Assembly (NCBI GenBank): GCA_028288965.1 | Contig: JAQGHD010000019.1 | Coordinates: 25,202-89,201 of the forward strand | Origin: Candidatus Saccharimonadota bacterium | GTDB taxonomy: Bacteria > Patescibacteriota > Saccharimonadia > Saccharimonadales > JAQGHD01 | Length of the DNA stretch: 64,000 nt | Direction of reading: 5' to 3' | Shown: positions 1 through 9,226 of the stretch, one piece after another | Layout: every line of letters begins with the position of its first letter | Position numbering within the stretch: position 1 is the first letter of the stretch | Position numbers and translations under genes: made by a program | The notes under the pieces: model-generated | What the model was told of the DNA's origin: nothing | Seen by the model: the letters and a program-made list of their open reading frames with translations, nothing else | Database searches by the model: none

Positions 1-298
1 ATGGCAATGTTGCTTCCGGCTCAGCAGTAGGATGATAGCCACCAGCAATCACTTTATCGCGCCCGACTTTCTGGGAAAATTCTTTAAACTGTTTCCAGCC
101 CCGAGTATAGATTGAGCAAAGGTATAGGTCTATGTCTTCCTGAGAAACATTTCTTTCAAGAAACTCAACTTCAATGCCTGGTAAATCTGGTGCCATATAT
201 AAGACAGATGGTTCAAGCCGTTGGCCATGGACAGACAGCTCATCAGTGTGAGTATCTACAAACTCTGGGAATACCATTAAGCCCACTTTTTCTGCCAT
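1..298 (-). CDS. B12-binding-domain radical SAM-like protein, N-terminal part (runs off window start)
   Basis: Manual minus-strand translation from ATG at 298: MAEKVGLMVFPEF...DLYLCSIYTRGW...KVIAGGYHPTAEPEATLP. The frame is open to base 1. VIAGGYHPT is the typical cobalamin-binding domain motif of class B radical SAM enzymes. Not in the ORF track. Confidence 0.7.
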   Translation of the reverse strand, partial: MAEKVGLMVFPEFVDTHTDELSVHGQRLEPSVLYMAPDLPGIEVEFLERNVSQEDIDLYLCSIYTRGWKQFKEFSQKVGRDKVIAGGYHPTAEPEATLP

Positions 299-353
299 AG
301 CAAAAACTCCTAAATCGTTATATAATTATACACCAATCAAGAGGTGTTATCAG

Positions 354-1265
354 TTGGAAAAAATACTTATTGGCCGGAATGGTTTTTTATCTCAAGCCAT
401 GCAACGCGCAGATGGCGACTTAATAGTCGTGGGCAGTGCTGACTTTGATCTACTGAATGATGAGCCAAAAGCACTTGAATCAATAGACGGTGCTGATATT
501 TTATTTGATACTGCCGACTTCTATCCCGGAGTGAAGGTAACCAGTGAAAATCCTGTGGAGGTTTACGAAAAGAATGTCCAAATGTACGAGACTCTCTTCG
601 CTTTAGCTAGAGCTAACAACATAGGCAAGGTAGTAACAATTGGCACGACAGGTTGTTATCCCATAACGGACGAATTATTAAGAGAAGATCTGTTCAATGG
701 CGATGCCAGCAAGCTTAATCAGAAGCTAGTCAGTTATGCTTTGTCACGATTTACGCTTCTAGATATTGCAGCACTATATCGTGGCAACTTTGGAATTGAG
801 CACTCTCACTTAGTTCTGCCTAACTTCTATGGTCCTGGTGATAGATATGAAATGGGCCGTTCTCACTTACTGGCTTCGTGGGTTAGAGATTTTCAGACCG
901 CCAAAGAGACCGGGCAGGATGAAATCGAGCTATGGGGACCGCCTACGCAGCGCAGAGAGTTTATTTATATTGATGATGCTGCGCGTTACACTTTGGCTTT
1001 GGGGCAGATGACCCTGGCAGAAGAAGTTATCAATGTTGGTACTGGAACTACACCCACCTATAAAGAAATGGCCGATACTATACTAAAAGTTCTCGGCTTT
1101 GACGGTAAGCTAAAGTGGGATTTAGATAAACCAGTTGCAAGGAATCAGGAAGTTATGGATACCTCAGTAATGCAAAGGTATGCCGTAGATCTCCCAGCTC
1201 CTACAGATTTTCAACAAGGTGTAAAATTAACCGTGGAGGACTATTTGAATGACAGAGCAAGCTAG
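354..1265 (+). CDS. NAD-dependent epimerase/dehydratase, GDP-L-fucose synthase (Fcl)-like
   Basis: GxxGFL N-terminus, GTTGCYP, LPNFYGPGD, SHLL, WG..QRREFIYIDD, INVGTG, all typical of Fcl-like extended SDRs. Catalytic YxxxK appears as YALSR. Confidence 0.8.
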   Translation: MEKILIGRNGFLSQAMQRADGDLIVVGSADFDLLNDEPKALESIDGADILFDTADFYPGVKVTSENPVEVYEKNVQMYETLFALARANNIGKVVTIGTTGCYPITDELLREDLFNGDASKLNQKLVSYALSRFTLLDIAALYRGNFGIEHSHLVLPNFYGPGDRYEMGRSHLLASWVRDFQTAKETGQDEIELWGPPTQRREFIYIDDAARYTLALGQMTLAEEVINVGTGTTPTYKEMADTILKVLGFDGKLKWDLDKPVARNQEVMDTSVMQRYAVDLPAPTDFQQGVKLTVEDYLNDRAS

Positions 1266-1791
1266 TAATCACGAAACACAAAGTAATACAGTTGGCCTAG
1301 TACTTGGACGCTTCCAGCCACTACACCCGGGCCACTTGGAGCTTATTCGGTCCGCTATGGATGAGTGTGATGAAGTAGTCGTATGCATTGGTTCAGCACA
1401 ACTAGCCGAACCGTTTACCATAGATGAGAGACACGATTACCTTAATCGTCAATTAGAAGTACTTCACCCCGATAAGAAATGGCGAGTAGTTGATTTAGTC
1501 GACCCTGAACCTATGGACATTTGGCCAGAGTACGTTAAAGAAAAGTGCGGTATTGAAGGCGAAGAACATAGGTTTTATCGTGCTGACAAATTATCTGAAG
1601 TTTATGAGGACAGACTTAAGAAACTTGGCTTTGCCCTAGCTTATATCACCCGTTCTCCATTTTATTTCTGGTTTTCAGATGGCCTGCATCGCCGAGTAAG
1701 CTCAGCAACAGAAATAAAAGCAATCTACGAAGAGCTGGGTCAACCCATACCTCGATCATTTGTTCAAGCTAAAGAATCTGAGAATAAATAG
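1249..1791 (+). CDS. Cytidylyltransferase-family (NMN adenylyltransferase-like) nucleotidyltransferase
   Basis: GRFQPLHPGH (HxGH), IGSAQ, PFT..ER, C-terminal SSATEI. Confidence 0.85.
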   Translation: MTEQASNHETQSNTVGLVLGRFQPLHPGHLELIRSAMDECDEVVVCIGSAQLAEPFTIDERHDYLNRQLEVLHPDKKWRVVDLVDPEPMDIWPEYVKEKCGIEGEEHRFYRADKLSEVYEDRLKKLGFALAYITRSPFYFWFSDGLHRRVSSATEIKAIYEELGQPIPRSFVQAKESENK

Positions 1792-1850
1792 TAACACTAT
1801 CTTAATCGTATATTATTGAGTGGAGTGGAGTTATACACTTAAGTTGGGCC

Positions 1851-1894
1851 AGTTGATACAACCAACACTATGGCCCTCCAATCCGGTTATGCTT
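1851..1894 (+). repeat. Inter-cassette repeat copy 1
   Basis: agttgatacaaccaacactatggccctccaatccggttatgctt. Confidence 0.85.
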
Positions 1895-1923
1895 AAATCG
1901 TTTTGCTATACTGAAGTTAACCT

Positions 1924-2391
1924 ATGAATTCCGTAGAAAAAGTTAAGTACCTCATTGAGAATAATGTCTTTATGGTAATTGCCACTGCAGATAGTACCGG
2001 CAAGCCATGGATCTCTCCTGTGGGCTTTACGTATGATGACAGCTACAACCTATATTGGGTTTCATATAAAGAAGCTCTTCATTCAAAGAATATTATCTCC
2101 AGGCCGGAAGTAGCCATTACCATATTTGGTCAGATGCCTGACAAGTCATATGACGGTGTTTATATTGACGCGACTGCCACTGAACTTGATAACGAAGCTG
2201 AAATTCAAATCGCAATAGATGAGTTTGCTAAGCGCTCCCAGGACTCAAAGTTTACAGTTGAATCAATTGCAGATGTTACCGACAATGCAGCCTGGAGAAT
2301 GTATAAAGCAGTGTCTGTGCACATCTCAAAACGGGCCGACGATACTATTAATGGTCAAGCAATAACAATACGCGAGCCAGTTGAATTCTGA
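1924..2391 (+). CDS. Pyridoxamine 5'-phosphate oxidase-family (FMN-binding split barrel) protein
   Basis: MVIATAD..GKPWISPV, HSKNI..RPEVAITI. Confidence 0.85.
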   Translation: MNSVEKVKYLIENNVFMVIATADSTGKPWISPVGFTYDDSYNLYWVSYKEALHSKNIISRPEVAITIFGQMPDKSYDGVYIDATATELDNEAEIQIAIDEFAKRSQDSKFTVESIADVTDNAAWRMYKAVSVHISKRADDTINGQAITIREPVEF

Positions 2392-2396
2392 ATCCC

Positions 2397-2441
2397 AGTA
2401 GCAACAGCGTCTACCGTGGCCCTCCAATACTGCTTATGCTT
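2397..2441 (+). repeat. Inter-cassette repeat copy 2
   Basis: agtagcaacagcgtctaccgtggccctccaatactgcttatgctt. Confidence 0.85.
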
Positions 2442-2498
2442 GCGTTGAGCAACATAACGCAGTACTTTATGTTCAACATCCACTAACGGGAGGCAGTT

Positions 2499-2915
2499 GT
2501 GATTGAGGCATTTAGAAAGTTACGTCCCGTCCTTGGCCTGACCTTAGCATTGGGTTTGGGAGCAACTGCTTGTGGTGATAGTCCACAAGACGTCACTAAA
2601 AGCGACAAAGCTATCATCACTTCCATCGCAGCAAGGAACGGATTGGCTGTTAACCCTGAAGGTTGGGACACAAGCGCCGTCAATCCAAATACCGTTGCTC
2701 TAGCAATTAACCTTGGCGCTTGCACCCTTCAAGGTTATGCTATTGCAGATATAGACAATAATAACAACGTGACAGATATTGAAAATTTTGGCTTTAACCG
2801 CACTGATGCTTTTGGGCATGAGGTTGCATTCAATTTCAATAGTTTGCAAGATTTGAAAGCTAATCTGCTAGGGCCTAACCCATGTCGTACACTGGCTGCC
2901 AATCGTAATGGTTAA
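2499..2915 (+). CDS. Hypothetical lipoprotein
   Basis: Signal peptide with lipobox-like ATAC, GGGAGG RBS before the GTG start. Confidence 0.7.
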   Translation: MIEAFRKLRPVLGLTLALGLGATACGDSPQDVTKSDKAIITSIAARNGLAVNPEGWDTSAVNPNTVALAINLGACTLQGYAIADIDNNNNVTDIENFGFNRTDAFGHEVAFNFNSLQDLKANLLGPNPCRTLAANRNG

Positions 2916-2925
2916 GCCGTTAGTC

Positions 2926-2967
2926 GTTGCGTTTGAGCATCACCGTGGCCTCTAATCCCACTTATAC
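2926..2967 (+). repeat. Inter-cassette repeat copy 3
   Basis: gttgcgtttgagcatcaccgtggcctctaatcccacttatac. Confidence 0.85.
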
Positions 2968-3005
2968 AAAAAACAACTTTCGGCCATTTTTGTTATGATA
3001 ATCCT

Positions 3006-3389
3006 ATGAACACTTTGCCACCCCCATTTGATAGCTTTCGTCTAGAAAAGAGACCCGGAGAATATAAAGATTTCCAAATTGAAGATGGCGATCCATATCC
3101 ACTGAAAGGTGTTACTTTTCCCACAAACTATGGTGATATTGCAGGATATACAGGCGAAGATAATCATCCTCTCGATCTGTTTATTGGTACAGGCGAATTG
3201 TTAGGCTACATTATAATGTATCGTCCAGACATCGAAGGTGACTTAGAGCATAAATTTTATTTGAATCTCACCGAGGACGAAGAAACTTCAGTACTAAAAG
3301 AATTTGAGCCAGTTCTACGAGGCCATGGGCGATTTAAGTCATTGGATGAACTTCAAAAAGCTATCGAACCATTCAAAGATAAAAGCTGA
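3006..3389 (+). CDS. Inorganic pyrophosphatase-like protein (family I, short)
   Basis: FPTNYGDI.GY.GED.HPLDLF motif. Confidence 0.7.
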   Translation: MNTLPPPFDSFRLEKRPGEYKDFQIEDGDPYPLKGVTFPTNYGDIAGYTGEDNHPLDLFIGTGELLGYIIMYRPDIEGDLEHKFYLNLTEDEETSVLKEFEPVLRGHGRFKSLDELQKAIEPFKDKS

Positions 3390-3393
3390 ATCG

Positions 3394-3440
3394 TAGTTGC
3401 GTTTTTAGCATCACGATGGCCCTCCAATCTGGTTATGCTT
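3394..3440 (+). repeat. Inter-cassette repeat copy 4 (closest to consensus)
   Basis: tagttgcgtttttagcatcacgatggccctccaatctggttatgctt. Confidence 0.9.
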
Positions 3441-3473
3441 GTAATATGGAGTCGTTAACACTATTGTAAAGCT

Positions 3474-3911
3474 ATGACTGAACAAACCAATCAAGCTGGG
3501 CAAGCGCCTATGGGTTTTGAAACCTTTTTGGCGAGTGCACTAACGCAAGGCTTTGAATCTAATGATAGAGCGATGAGACAGTGGGCCGACCATACGGCGC
3601 GCGAACTTGGCAAAGGCCTGTTATTTCTTTTTGCAAATCGCGAGGATTTAGCAGTTGATGTTCGTCAAACTCTTCCATCTGCCATGCATACATTTTTTGA
3701 AAGATTGCCACGCTGGGTCAAATTTGATGACCTGCCATATTTTGCAGAAGAACTTCAGGAACTTCCCGCAGAAACGCGCGATATTGTTGAAGCACACATA
3801 CATTACGTAGATTTAACTAATATAAATGCACTGCCACCAGGCACAACTCCTGGATATTCACCAGCAGAAGCTTGGCAGAGCGCATTAAGCGTATTAGAAA
3901 CAGACACCTAA
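3474..3911 (+). CDS. Hypothetical protein
   Basis: 145-aa ORF filling the space between two repeats. Confidence 0.7.
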   Translation: MTEQTNQAGQAPMGFETFLASALTQGFESNDRAMRQWADHTARELGKGLLFLFANREDLAVDVRQTLPSAMHTFFERLPRWVKFDDLPYFAEELQELPAETRDIVEAHIHYVDLTNINALPPGTTPGYSPAEAWQSALSVLETDT

Positions 3912-3920
3912 ACTATCTTA

Positions 3921-3967
3921 TAGTTGCGTTTTTAGCATCACGGTGGCCCTCCAATATCCTTGTGCTT
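3921..3967 (+). repeat. Inter-cassette repeat copy 5
   Basis: tagttgcgtttttagcatcacggtggccctccaatatccttgtgctt. Confidence 0.9.
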
Positions 3968-4009
3968 TTGTAATTTTAACCACTAAGTTCATCTGGTATA
4001 GTTTAGCCT

Positions 4010-4273
4010 ATGAAACGATTGAATAATGCCAGACTGCTAGTAGCATTATTAGGTGTCATCGTAGTACTGGGAGGACTCGGCGTTCGAGCACTAGTTAGGA
4101 GTAGGGCGAAACTCACTCTTACTAGTTATGAAACTACCAATGGTTTGATATATGAATGCTCCAGACCCATAAAAGCCAAACCTGGAACGGTAGCCCACGG
4201 GCATCGCCAAGGACCAATACCTTATAATCAATCTGATGCTGATAAATATTGTCACAACATTGGCATAGAGTAA
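4010..4273 (+). CDS. Small membrane-anchored hypothetical protein
   Basis: N-terminal TM helix, two Cys, TGGTATAGT extended -10 just before the ATG. Confidence 0.7.
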   Translation: MKRLNNARLLVALLGVIVVLGGLGVRALVRSRAKLTLTSYETTNGLIYECSRPIKAKPGTVAHGHRQGPIPYNQSDADKYCHNIGIE

Positions 4274-4320
4274 TTTAAGACAAATGTAATTGAGTCACTC
4301 TCGCTGTATTGAGCACATTG

Positions 4321-4365
4321 AGTTGCGATAACACTGACCATGGCCCCCCCATACTGCTCATGCTT
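4321..4365 (+). repeat. Inter-cassette repeat copy 6
   Basis: agttgcgataacactgaccatggcccccccatactgctcatgctt. Confidence 0.8.
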
Positions 4366-4419
4366 GCATCAAATGTAATAGGGGTACAATATATCTAGAG
4401 AAGATGATAGGAGGTATTT

Positions 4420-4902
4420 ATGTCAGAGAATCCAGCAAGCGCATTGCGAAAGACTACAAGTGAGTCTCGAGCTAGCAGCGTGACTCGTGCGGCAGAGGCA
4501 GAGGAATGGGACCGACGAGAAAAAGCGAACGAGAGAAAGCGCCAATCAAGGGCCGCCAATCGATTTGCCGATGAACAGCTTGAGGTCACGATCGAAAGTC
4601 TTACAGGGGAAATGCAAGCTATCGCTGAGTACGAAGGTGATTCTGTTACGAAAGAGTGGACAGCTTACAGCAAACGATATGGCATGGTTGATCAACAAGA
4701 ACGAGCTAACCACAGGACGCTCAGAAGAAAGGTGGCTGAACACTTCACAGGCCTGAACTTTGCTGTTGAGCTTTTTGAACACACCGCAAGAGAGCAGGAC
4801 CCGCGTATACCGCTAAGTGATGGATATAGTCCGGAGCACCCACCAATGCGTGATATTGGGCTGGTGACGGGGATCGCTATATCATGGGCTGATCAAGAGT
4901 AA
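4420..4902 (+). CDS. Hypothetical protein
   Basis: AGGAGG RBS, 160-aa charged ORF. Confidence 0.7.
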   Translation: MSENPASALRKTTSESRASSVTRAAEAEEWDRREKANERKRQSRAANRFADEQLEVTIESLTGEMQAIAEYEGDSVTKEWTAYSKRYGMVDQQERANHRTLRRKVAEHFTGLNFAVELFEHTAREQDPRIPLSDGYSPEHPPMRDIGLVTGIAISWADQE

Positions 4903-4980
4903 ACTCGGCGAGCTCGATAGTGTTTTGATCCCTTATCGAAATTTTGTAAACAAGTAGTTTTATCTTATACTCCAGACAAT

Positions 4981-5397
4981 ATGAAAAGGCCTATTACAGT
5001 TGTCATGGCTTCCTCTCTTGCTGTTTGCTATTCGGTCGTATTAGTAGGTGTCGCCATAGCTCTAATGTACGATTACTTAGGTTCACACGGTCATATTGGT
5101 AGTGAGCACCTAGTGGGCACAGCAGCGCAAGGGCTCAAATTTACAGTTGGCATGCTCCTCGTTGGCAGCGTTCTGTTGGCTGCCGGAAGCTACAGATTAC
5201 TGGTTAAGCGTAGGCAAGTACTCCTCATAGCACCGCTTAGTATTTTATTTGTGATTGGTTGCATTGGCGAGACTGCTGATGCTTTAGGGACAGCGTCTTT
5301 ATCCAGTAATCTTATTGGGGCTGGGATTCTCATCCTGATAGTGCTTCCTGTTGGTCTTCTACTCACAACCAGTGGCAGATTATGGACAAAACAATAA
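4981..5397 (+). CDS. Hypothetical 4-TM membrane protein
   Basis: Four hydrophobic segments, TATACT -10 upstream. Confidence 0.7.
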   Translation: MKRPITVVMASSLAVCYSVVLVGVAIALMYDYLGSHGHIGSEHLVGTAAQGLKFTVGMLLVGSVLLAAGSYRLLVKRRQVLLIAPLSILFVIGCIGETADALGTASLSSNLIGAGILILIVLPVGLLLTTSGRLWTKQ

Positions 5398-5561
5398 CTT
5401 AAAAGTAGTCCCAAAAAGCAAGAAAAACAGATTATACATCCATTTTTTATTGGCTGGCTAATGGTGTTGTGTTGGGGTTATTTATATCATGGGACTTTAC
5501 TTAGGCTTGATTCTTCTTGTAACAATCCGCGACATACACAACTTCTTTCTATAAAGCGTAC

Positions 5562-5604
5562 GTTGGGATAACCATCACCGTGTCTCTCCAATCCAGTTAT
5601 GCTT
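5562..5604 (+). repeat. Inter-cassette repeat copy 7
   Basis: gttgggataaccatcaccgtgtctctccaatccagttatgctt. Confidence 0.8.
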
Positions 5605-5653
5605 GCATGTCGAATAATATCGTCACATAATGCTTTCTAACTAAGGAGGGGTT

Positions 5654-6205
5654 ATGTCTAGCAGCGAAGAACTTTTCAGAACGGTGGGTGAGTTAGTGGG
5701 AATGCGAAAAGATATTGTTGAGCCTAGTTTGATTGAACTCCGAGAAGGTTATTTAGCCAATCCAAGGCAGAGAATTGAAAAAGTTACAGCCGCCCACCCG
5801 AATACTCCAAGCGTGACCAGCGTCAGCGGTAATTCGGCAATCTTCGTCAATGAGCGAGGCAGAATAAAACAAAAACAAGTGTTTGGCACCGGTACCGCAC
5901 ACTTCCTACGTCCGATCGATCATAGAAATCCATGGATTGCCATATATCCATATGGCATCGAAAATGTTACCTCTTCGGGATCACCTATTTTTCATGACCC
6001 GGACACTAACAGAATGAGAGCTATTGCCCTGGAATATCCGCAAAGGAATCGCTCACTACAGTGGCTACAGTACCCTGTTGAACCATTATTTAATGTTGAT
6101 GAGGATGGAACTGTTCTTGCACGGTTTTCTGACCAACCGACACCTGCTGAACTCCAATTATTTTACGATATTCTTGAGCAATTCGAAGCTGCCATTGTAA
6201 CCTAG
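5654..6205 (+). CDS. Hypothetical protein
   Basis: AAGGAGG RBS. The TAG stop is the first part of the next repeat. Confidence 0.75.
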   Translation: MSSSEELFRTVGELVGMRKDIVEPSLIELREGYLANPRQRIEKVTAAHPNTPSVTSVSGNSAIFVNERGRIKQKQVFGTGTAHFLRPIDHRNPWIAIYPYGIENVTSSGSPIFHDPDTNRMRAIALEYPQRNRSLQWLQYPVEPLFNVDEDGTVLARFSDQPTPAELQLFYDILEQFEAAIVT

Positions 6206-6237
6206 TTGCGTTTGAGCATCACTGGGGCTGTCCAAAG
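6203..6237 (+). repeat. Inter-cassette repeat copy 8 (right arm diverged)
   Basis: tagttgcgtttgagcatcactggggctgtccaaag. Confidence 0.8.
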
Positions 6238-6275
6238 CATAAGCACTTTCACATTTCTGGTATTATAGAATTGAT

Positions 6276-6653
6276 ATGCCAAACAAAAAACTTGTAGATA
6301 CCATACTTGGTCTACTCGTAGTGCAGTTTATCCTAGGCATGCTGGCTAATCTTTACGCGACCCTTCCGGAGCAAAAGGTTTATGAAGTTTTTCACCAACT
6401 TGGTTTTATTACTCTGCACGCCGTAAATGGCACGCTGCTGCTGGTACTAGGGATAATACTTCTGGTCAAATCACGTAAAACTCGTGCCTTTAAACCGGCT
6501 ACAGGTGGCCTTGGAAATATGGTTCTGGCATATATATTTGGCGAACTGTTTGTCTTTACCCAGCGCGACATTTATTCATTGTTGATGGCCCTAACGTTCA
6601 TTGGCGCCTTACTTTCATATGCTCGGCTTGCTTTTTCAAATCAAGCTAGATAA
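6276..6653 (+). CDS. Hypothetical 4-TM membrane protein
   Basis: Four TM segments, VQFILGM..NLY, LHA..G. Confidence 0.75.
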   Translation: MPNKKLVDTILGLLVVQFILGMLANLYATLPEQKVYEVFHQLGFITLHAVNGTLLLVLGIILLVKSRKTRAFKPATGGLGNMVLAYIFGELFVFTQRDIYSLLMALTFIGALLSYARLAFSNQAR

Positions 6654-6795
6654 AGAGTAGATCCCTTAGCAGCCACAGCCAATACAACGACCTTCAAGCC
6701 TGATTATGATTAAGGTTTTCCAATGAAAATGAGCTAGCAATAAGAAGCTCGCTGACTATGATTCTCTATCCTGGGGCATGTCTAAGAGATCCTAG

Positions 6796-7296
6796 TTACT
6801 CATCAATTTCAGAACTATAGTCAATTGGGTGCAGCCCTGTAGCTCCACGCTGCATTTCCTTATAGAGTAATTCTCTGTCGTCATCTGTGGGTTGAGATAA
6901 ACCAAGCTTATCGTCTACTCTACTGGGAAACACTATCCTTGCCATTTCCCGGAATGAGCCAGATATTACCATATTGCGATAAATGTCTATACAGCCAATA
7001 TCATCGATATCCATTTTGAATGTTACCACTTCGATGCCGGTCTCGCCTGGATGATGGAGTAGCCTTAAGATAGTGGGCTTAAGGGTCAGCGGGGAAGTGC
7101 CATTGCGCAACCCTTGGTCAATCAAATGTGCTGCGCCACCTTCTTCTGTCTGCCACTGCGCATAAGCCGTTCCAAAGGTAAAACGACCGAGTCGTTTTCG
7201 TCGTCCCATCCAATGTGACTCAACAAGAGCTGCATCCCGATAGACACGCAGATGCTCTAAGTATTGATTGCCATGCAAGCTGAAAGGTAAACTCAT
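6796..7296 (-). CDS. Hypothetical protein (start probably MSLPF at 7296)
   Basis: AGGAG RBS before the ATG at 7296. Confidence 0.6.
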   Translation of the reverse strand: MSLPFSLHGNQYLEHLRVYRDAALVESHWMGRRKRLGRFTFGTAYAQWQTEEGGAAHLIDQGLRNGTSPLTLKPTILRLLHHPGETGIEVVTFKMDIDDIGCIDIYRNMVISGSFREMARIVFPSRVDDKLGLSQPTDDDRELLYKEMQRGATGLHPIDYSSEIDE

Positions 7297-7410
7297 TACA
7301 CTCCTAATGCCTCCAATATTTTCATGTAGACATAAAAGAAGCAAGCACAGGCACTATATGAGAAACCTAAGAATCAAGTGTAGTAGGTTTATATGCATGA
7401 AATTGATTAG

Positions 7411-8376
7411 TTAGGCTGCGCTAGACTTTAAGATCACATTAGGTTCTCCAGCTTCGATAATAGTAACTGGATCGCCGACCCTTACGAGGTACCTAAGTCC
7501 TGGGATAAATTTATGATTTAGACTTTGGGCAAAGAATGGTTCTGCTTTGCTAGAAGTATCTTCCCCGAGTGCCCAACCCATTCTTGATCGCAAAATTTTA
7601 GTAGCTAACCTTTGGGAGTCATCGCCAGTAGTTTGATTAAAGTTAGGTACTGGACAGCGAGCCAGAGCTTTAATGACGAAGACTGGTATACTGCCGAGCT
7701 CAGCCGTGCGAATTGTATCTTCGCCAAATGCTCCTAGGGCCGAGCCTTTTATATCAACATTGGCCCGGAAGTTAATTAAAGGAACTGTTCCTCGTGGCAA
7801 TCCAGTTAGGTCATGAAGATAATTCAAAGAAGCTTGGCTTGCTAGGGAAACCGGTCGCCCATCTGCACCGGCTGCCCGATTTACAGCACCATCTCTTTGA
7901 TACTTTTGGGGCAACACTCTGGAGCGATTAGGGTCAGCTCGCCATAGCTTTACTGATCGACTAATTAAACTCGAAAAGAAATTGCTAGCTTCTGCTCCTT
8001 CAGCTAAGACTGGTAAATCAGGGCCAAAAATTCGAATGTTTGCTTGTTTAGTCTCTGGCTCTTCAAAGGCTATGTCAACAGCTCCATGACCAGGCGCACT
8101 TATAGCTAAGTGATCCGATTGAATGTCGATCGCAACTGTAGCCAACATACGATCTTCCCGGTACTTACGGGCTTGGCTTTCATCCCAACCGCGTTGTGAA
8201 ACAAATAAGTTGTCAGGATTGGCCACTACCCAGCCCCTATCCGCAATTTCACCGTACTTTAGGCCTGTGGAACCGGCTTCTAGTTCAACTATAGTTTTGC
8301 CATGTGCGGTTGCTTCTTGACATGACTTTATAGGATACAAATGCACCGCCTGAACATAATCTATACTTTCGTTCAT
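7411..8376 (-). CDS. MOSC-domain protein (YcbX-like)
   Basis: LYPIKSC, DRGW, FRANV, RCPVPN. Confidence 0.9.
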   Translation of the reverse strand: MNESIDYVQAVHLYPIKSCQEATAHGKTIVELEAGSTGLKYGEIADRGWVVANPDNLFVSQRGWDESQARKYREDRMLATVAIDIQSDHLAISAPGHGAVDIAFEEPETKQANIRIFGPDLPVLAEGAEASNFFSSLISRSVKLWRADPNRSRVLPQKYQRDGAVNRAAGADGRPVSLASQASLNYLHDLTGLPRGTVPLINFRANVDIKGSALGAFGEDTIRTAELGSIPVFVIKALARCPVPNFNQTTGDDSQRLATKILRSRMGWALGEDTSSKAEPFFAQSLNHKFIPGLRYLVRVGDPVTIIEAGEPNVILKSSAA

Positions 8377-8487
8377 GAGTAGAGATTACCCGTGTGGCGG
8401 CAAGTTTTGCAAGTTTAAGCACTTCACTTAAGTGCTTTTTATTTACGACCACTGTATGATGTTGGTAATTAAACGGAAAACAGGTAC

Positions 8488-8754
8488 ATGAAAGCACGGC
8501 AAAAACCTATCCCATCAAATGGCGGCAAGCTCCAACTTATTGGCTTTGTGCTTATGGCTCTGAGTCTTTTTGGAATTGTTCCCTTTGTGATTAACCTTGT
8601 GCTTAATGTACTTTTAAGCAATCCACCTGAGAACACAACTGGTTTAGCCATAGTAAACATAGGTACTCTTTTGAGTGTTTTGATCGGCTTAATAGCCGGT
8701 CTGTGTTTGGCGCTTATTGGAACCCGAAGAAAAGCAAACTATGCCAAACGGTGA
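8488..8754 (+). CDS. Small 2-TM membrane protein
   Basis: Two hydrophobic helices, basic C-terminus. Confidence 0.6.
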   Translation: MKARQKPIPSNGGKLQLIGFVLMALSLFGIVPFVINLVLNVLLSNPPENTTGLAIVNIGTLLSVLIGLIAGLCLALIGTRRKANYAKR

Positions 8755-8859
8755 AAATAACTGGTTTCTAAAAAGGAGCCCTTGTTACTATAGACAGATA
8801 ATTCACAGACTCAATATTACGAATCGTGTGAAATATCATTGTAATTAAAAGGATATGCA

Positions 8860-9174
8860 ATGGACTTACAACAAAACCCAGAAAGTAACCGAGCAATAGA
8901 TATGACCATAGAAAGTCTGGAAGAAAATTTGGCATTGCATCGAGCTGCTTTTCCGGAACACGTCACGGCTATAAGGCTGCTCATCAGCCACCGAATGCTA
9001 AAAAAGTTACCACCGCTCTCAATGGATGTTGATGAGTATCCAAAAACGGCAACCTTGTCTAGATTTCAAGTAGCCTATTTAGGCAAACGTCTGGTGGGCA
9101 ATGCCATAGACGCCAAAGGCAAAGATTCCCTCAGCGCTCAGTTATCGATGGAGATTGAACAGGCGGGCTATTAA
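8860..9174 (+). CDS. Hypothetical protein
   Basis: AAAGGA RBS, 104-aa ORF. Confidence 0.6.
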   Translation: MDLQQNPESNRAIDMTIESLEENLALHRAAFPEHVTAIRLLISHRMLKKLPPLSMDVDEYPKTATLSRFQVAYLGKRLVGNAIDAKGKDSLSAQLSMEIEQAGY

Positions 9175-9226
9175 CGGTTATGTTTGCACGCTAGACTTTT
9201 AAAACGCTACTGTTAAAATTGAAAGC

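Noticed and set aside
112-300. 62-aa plus-strand ORF
   Set aside because: Antisense shadow of the minus-strand B12-binding protein.
5400-5553. Possible membrane-protein gene in the long gap of the array
   Set aside because: Hydrophobic fragments in two frames with no start. At most a decayed cassette.
1851-6237. CRISPR array interpretation of the repeats
   Set aside because: Spacers are 0.35-1.2 kb and gene-containing, repeats are degenerate, and there are no cas genes.
1851-6237. Canonical integron attC sites or Xer dif sites
   Set aside because: Too short for attC, with no long imperfect hairpin and no intI. The resemblance to the XerD arm (TTATGCTTAAAT) is limited to one copy and the arm spacing is not 6 bp.
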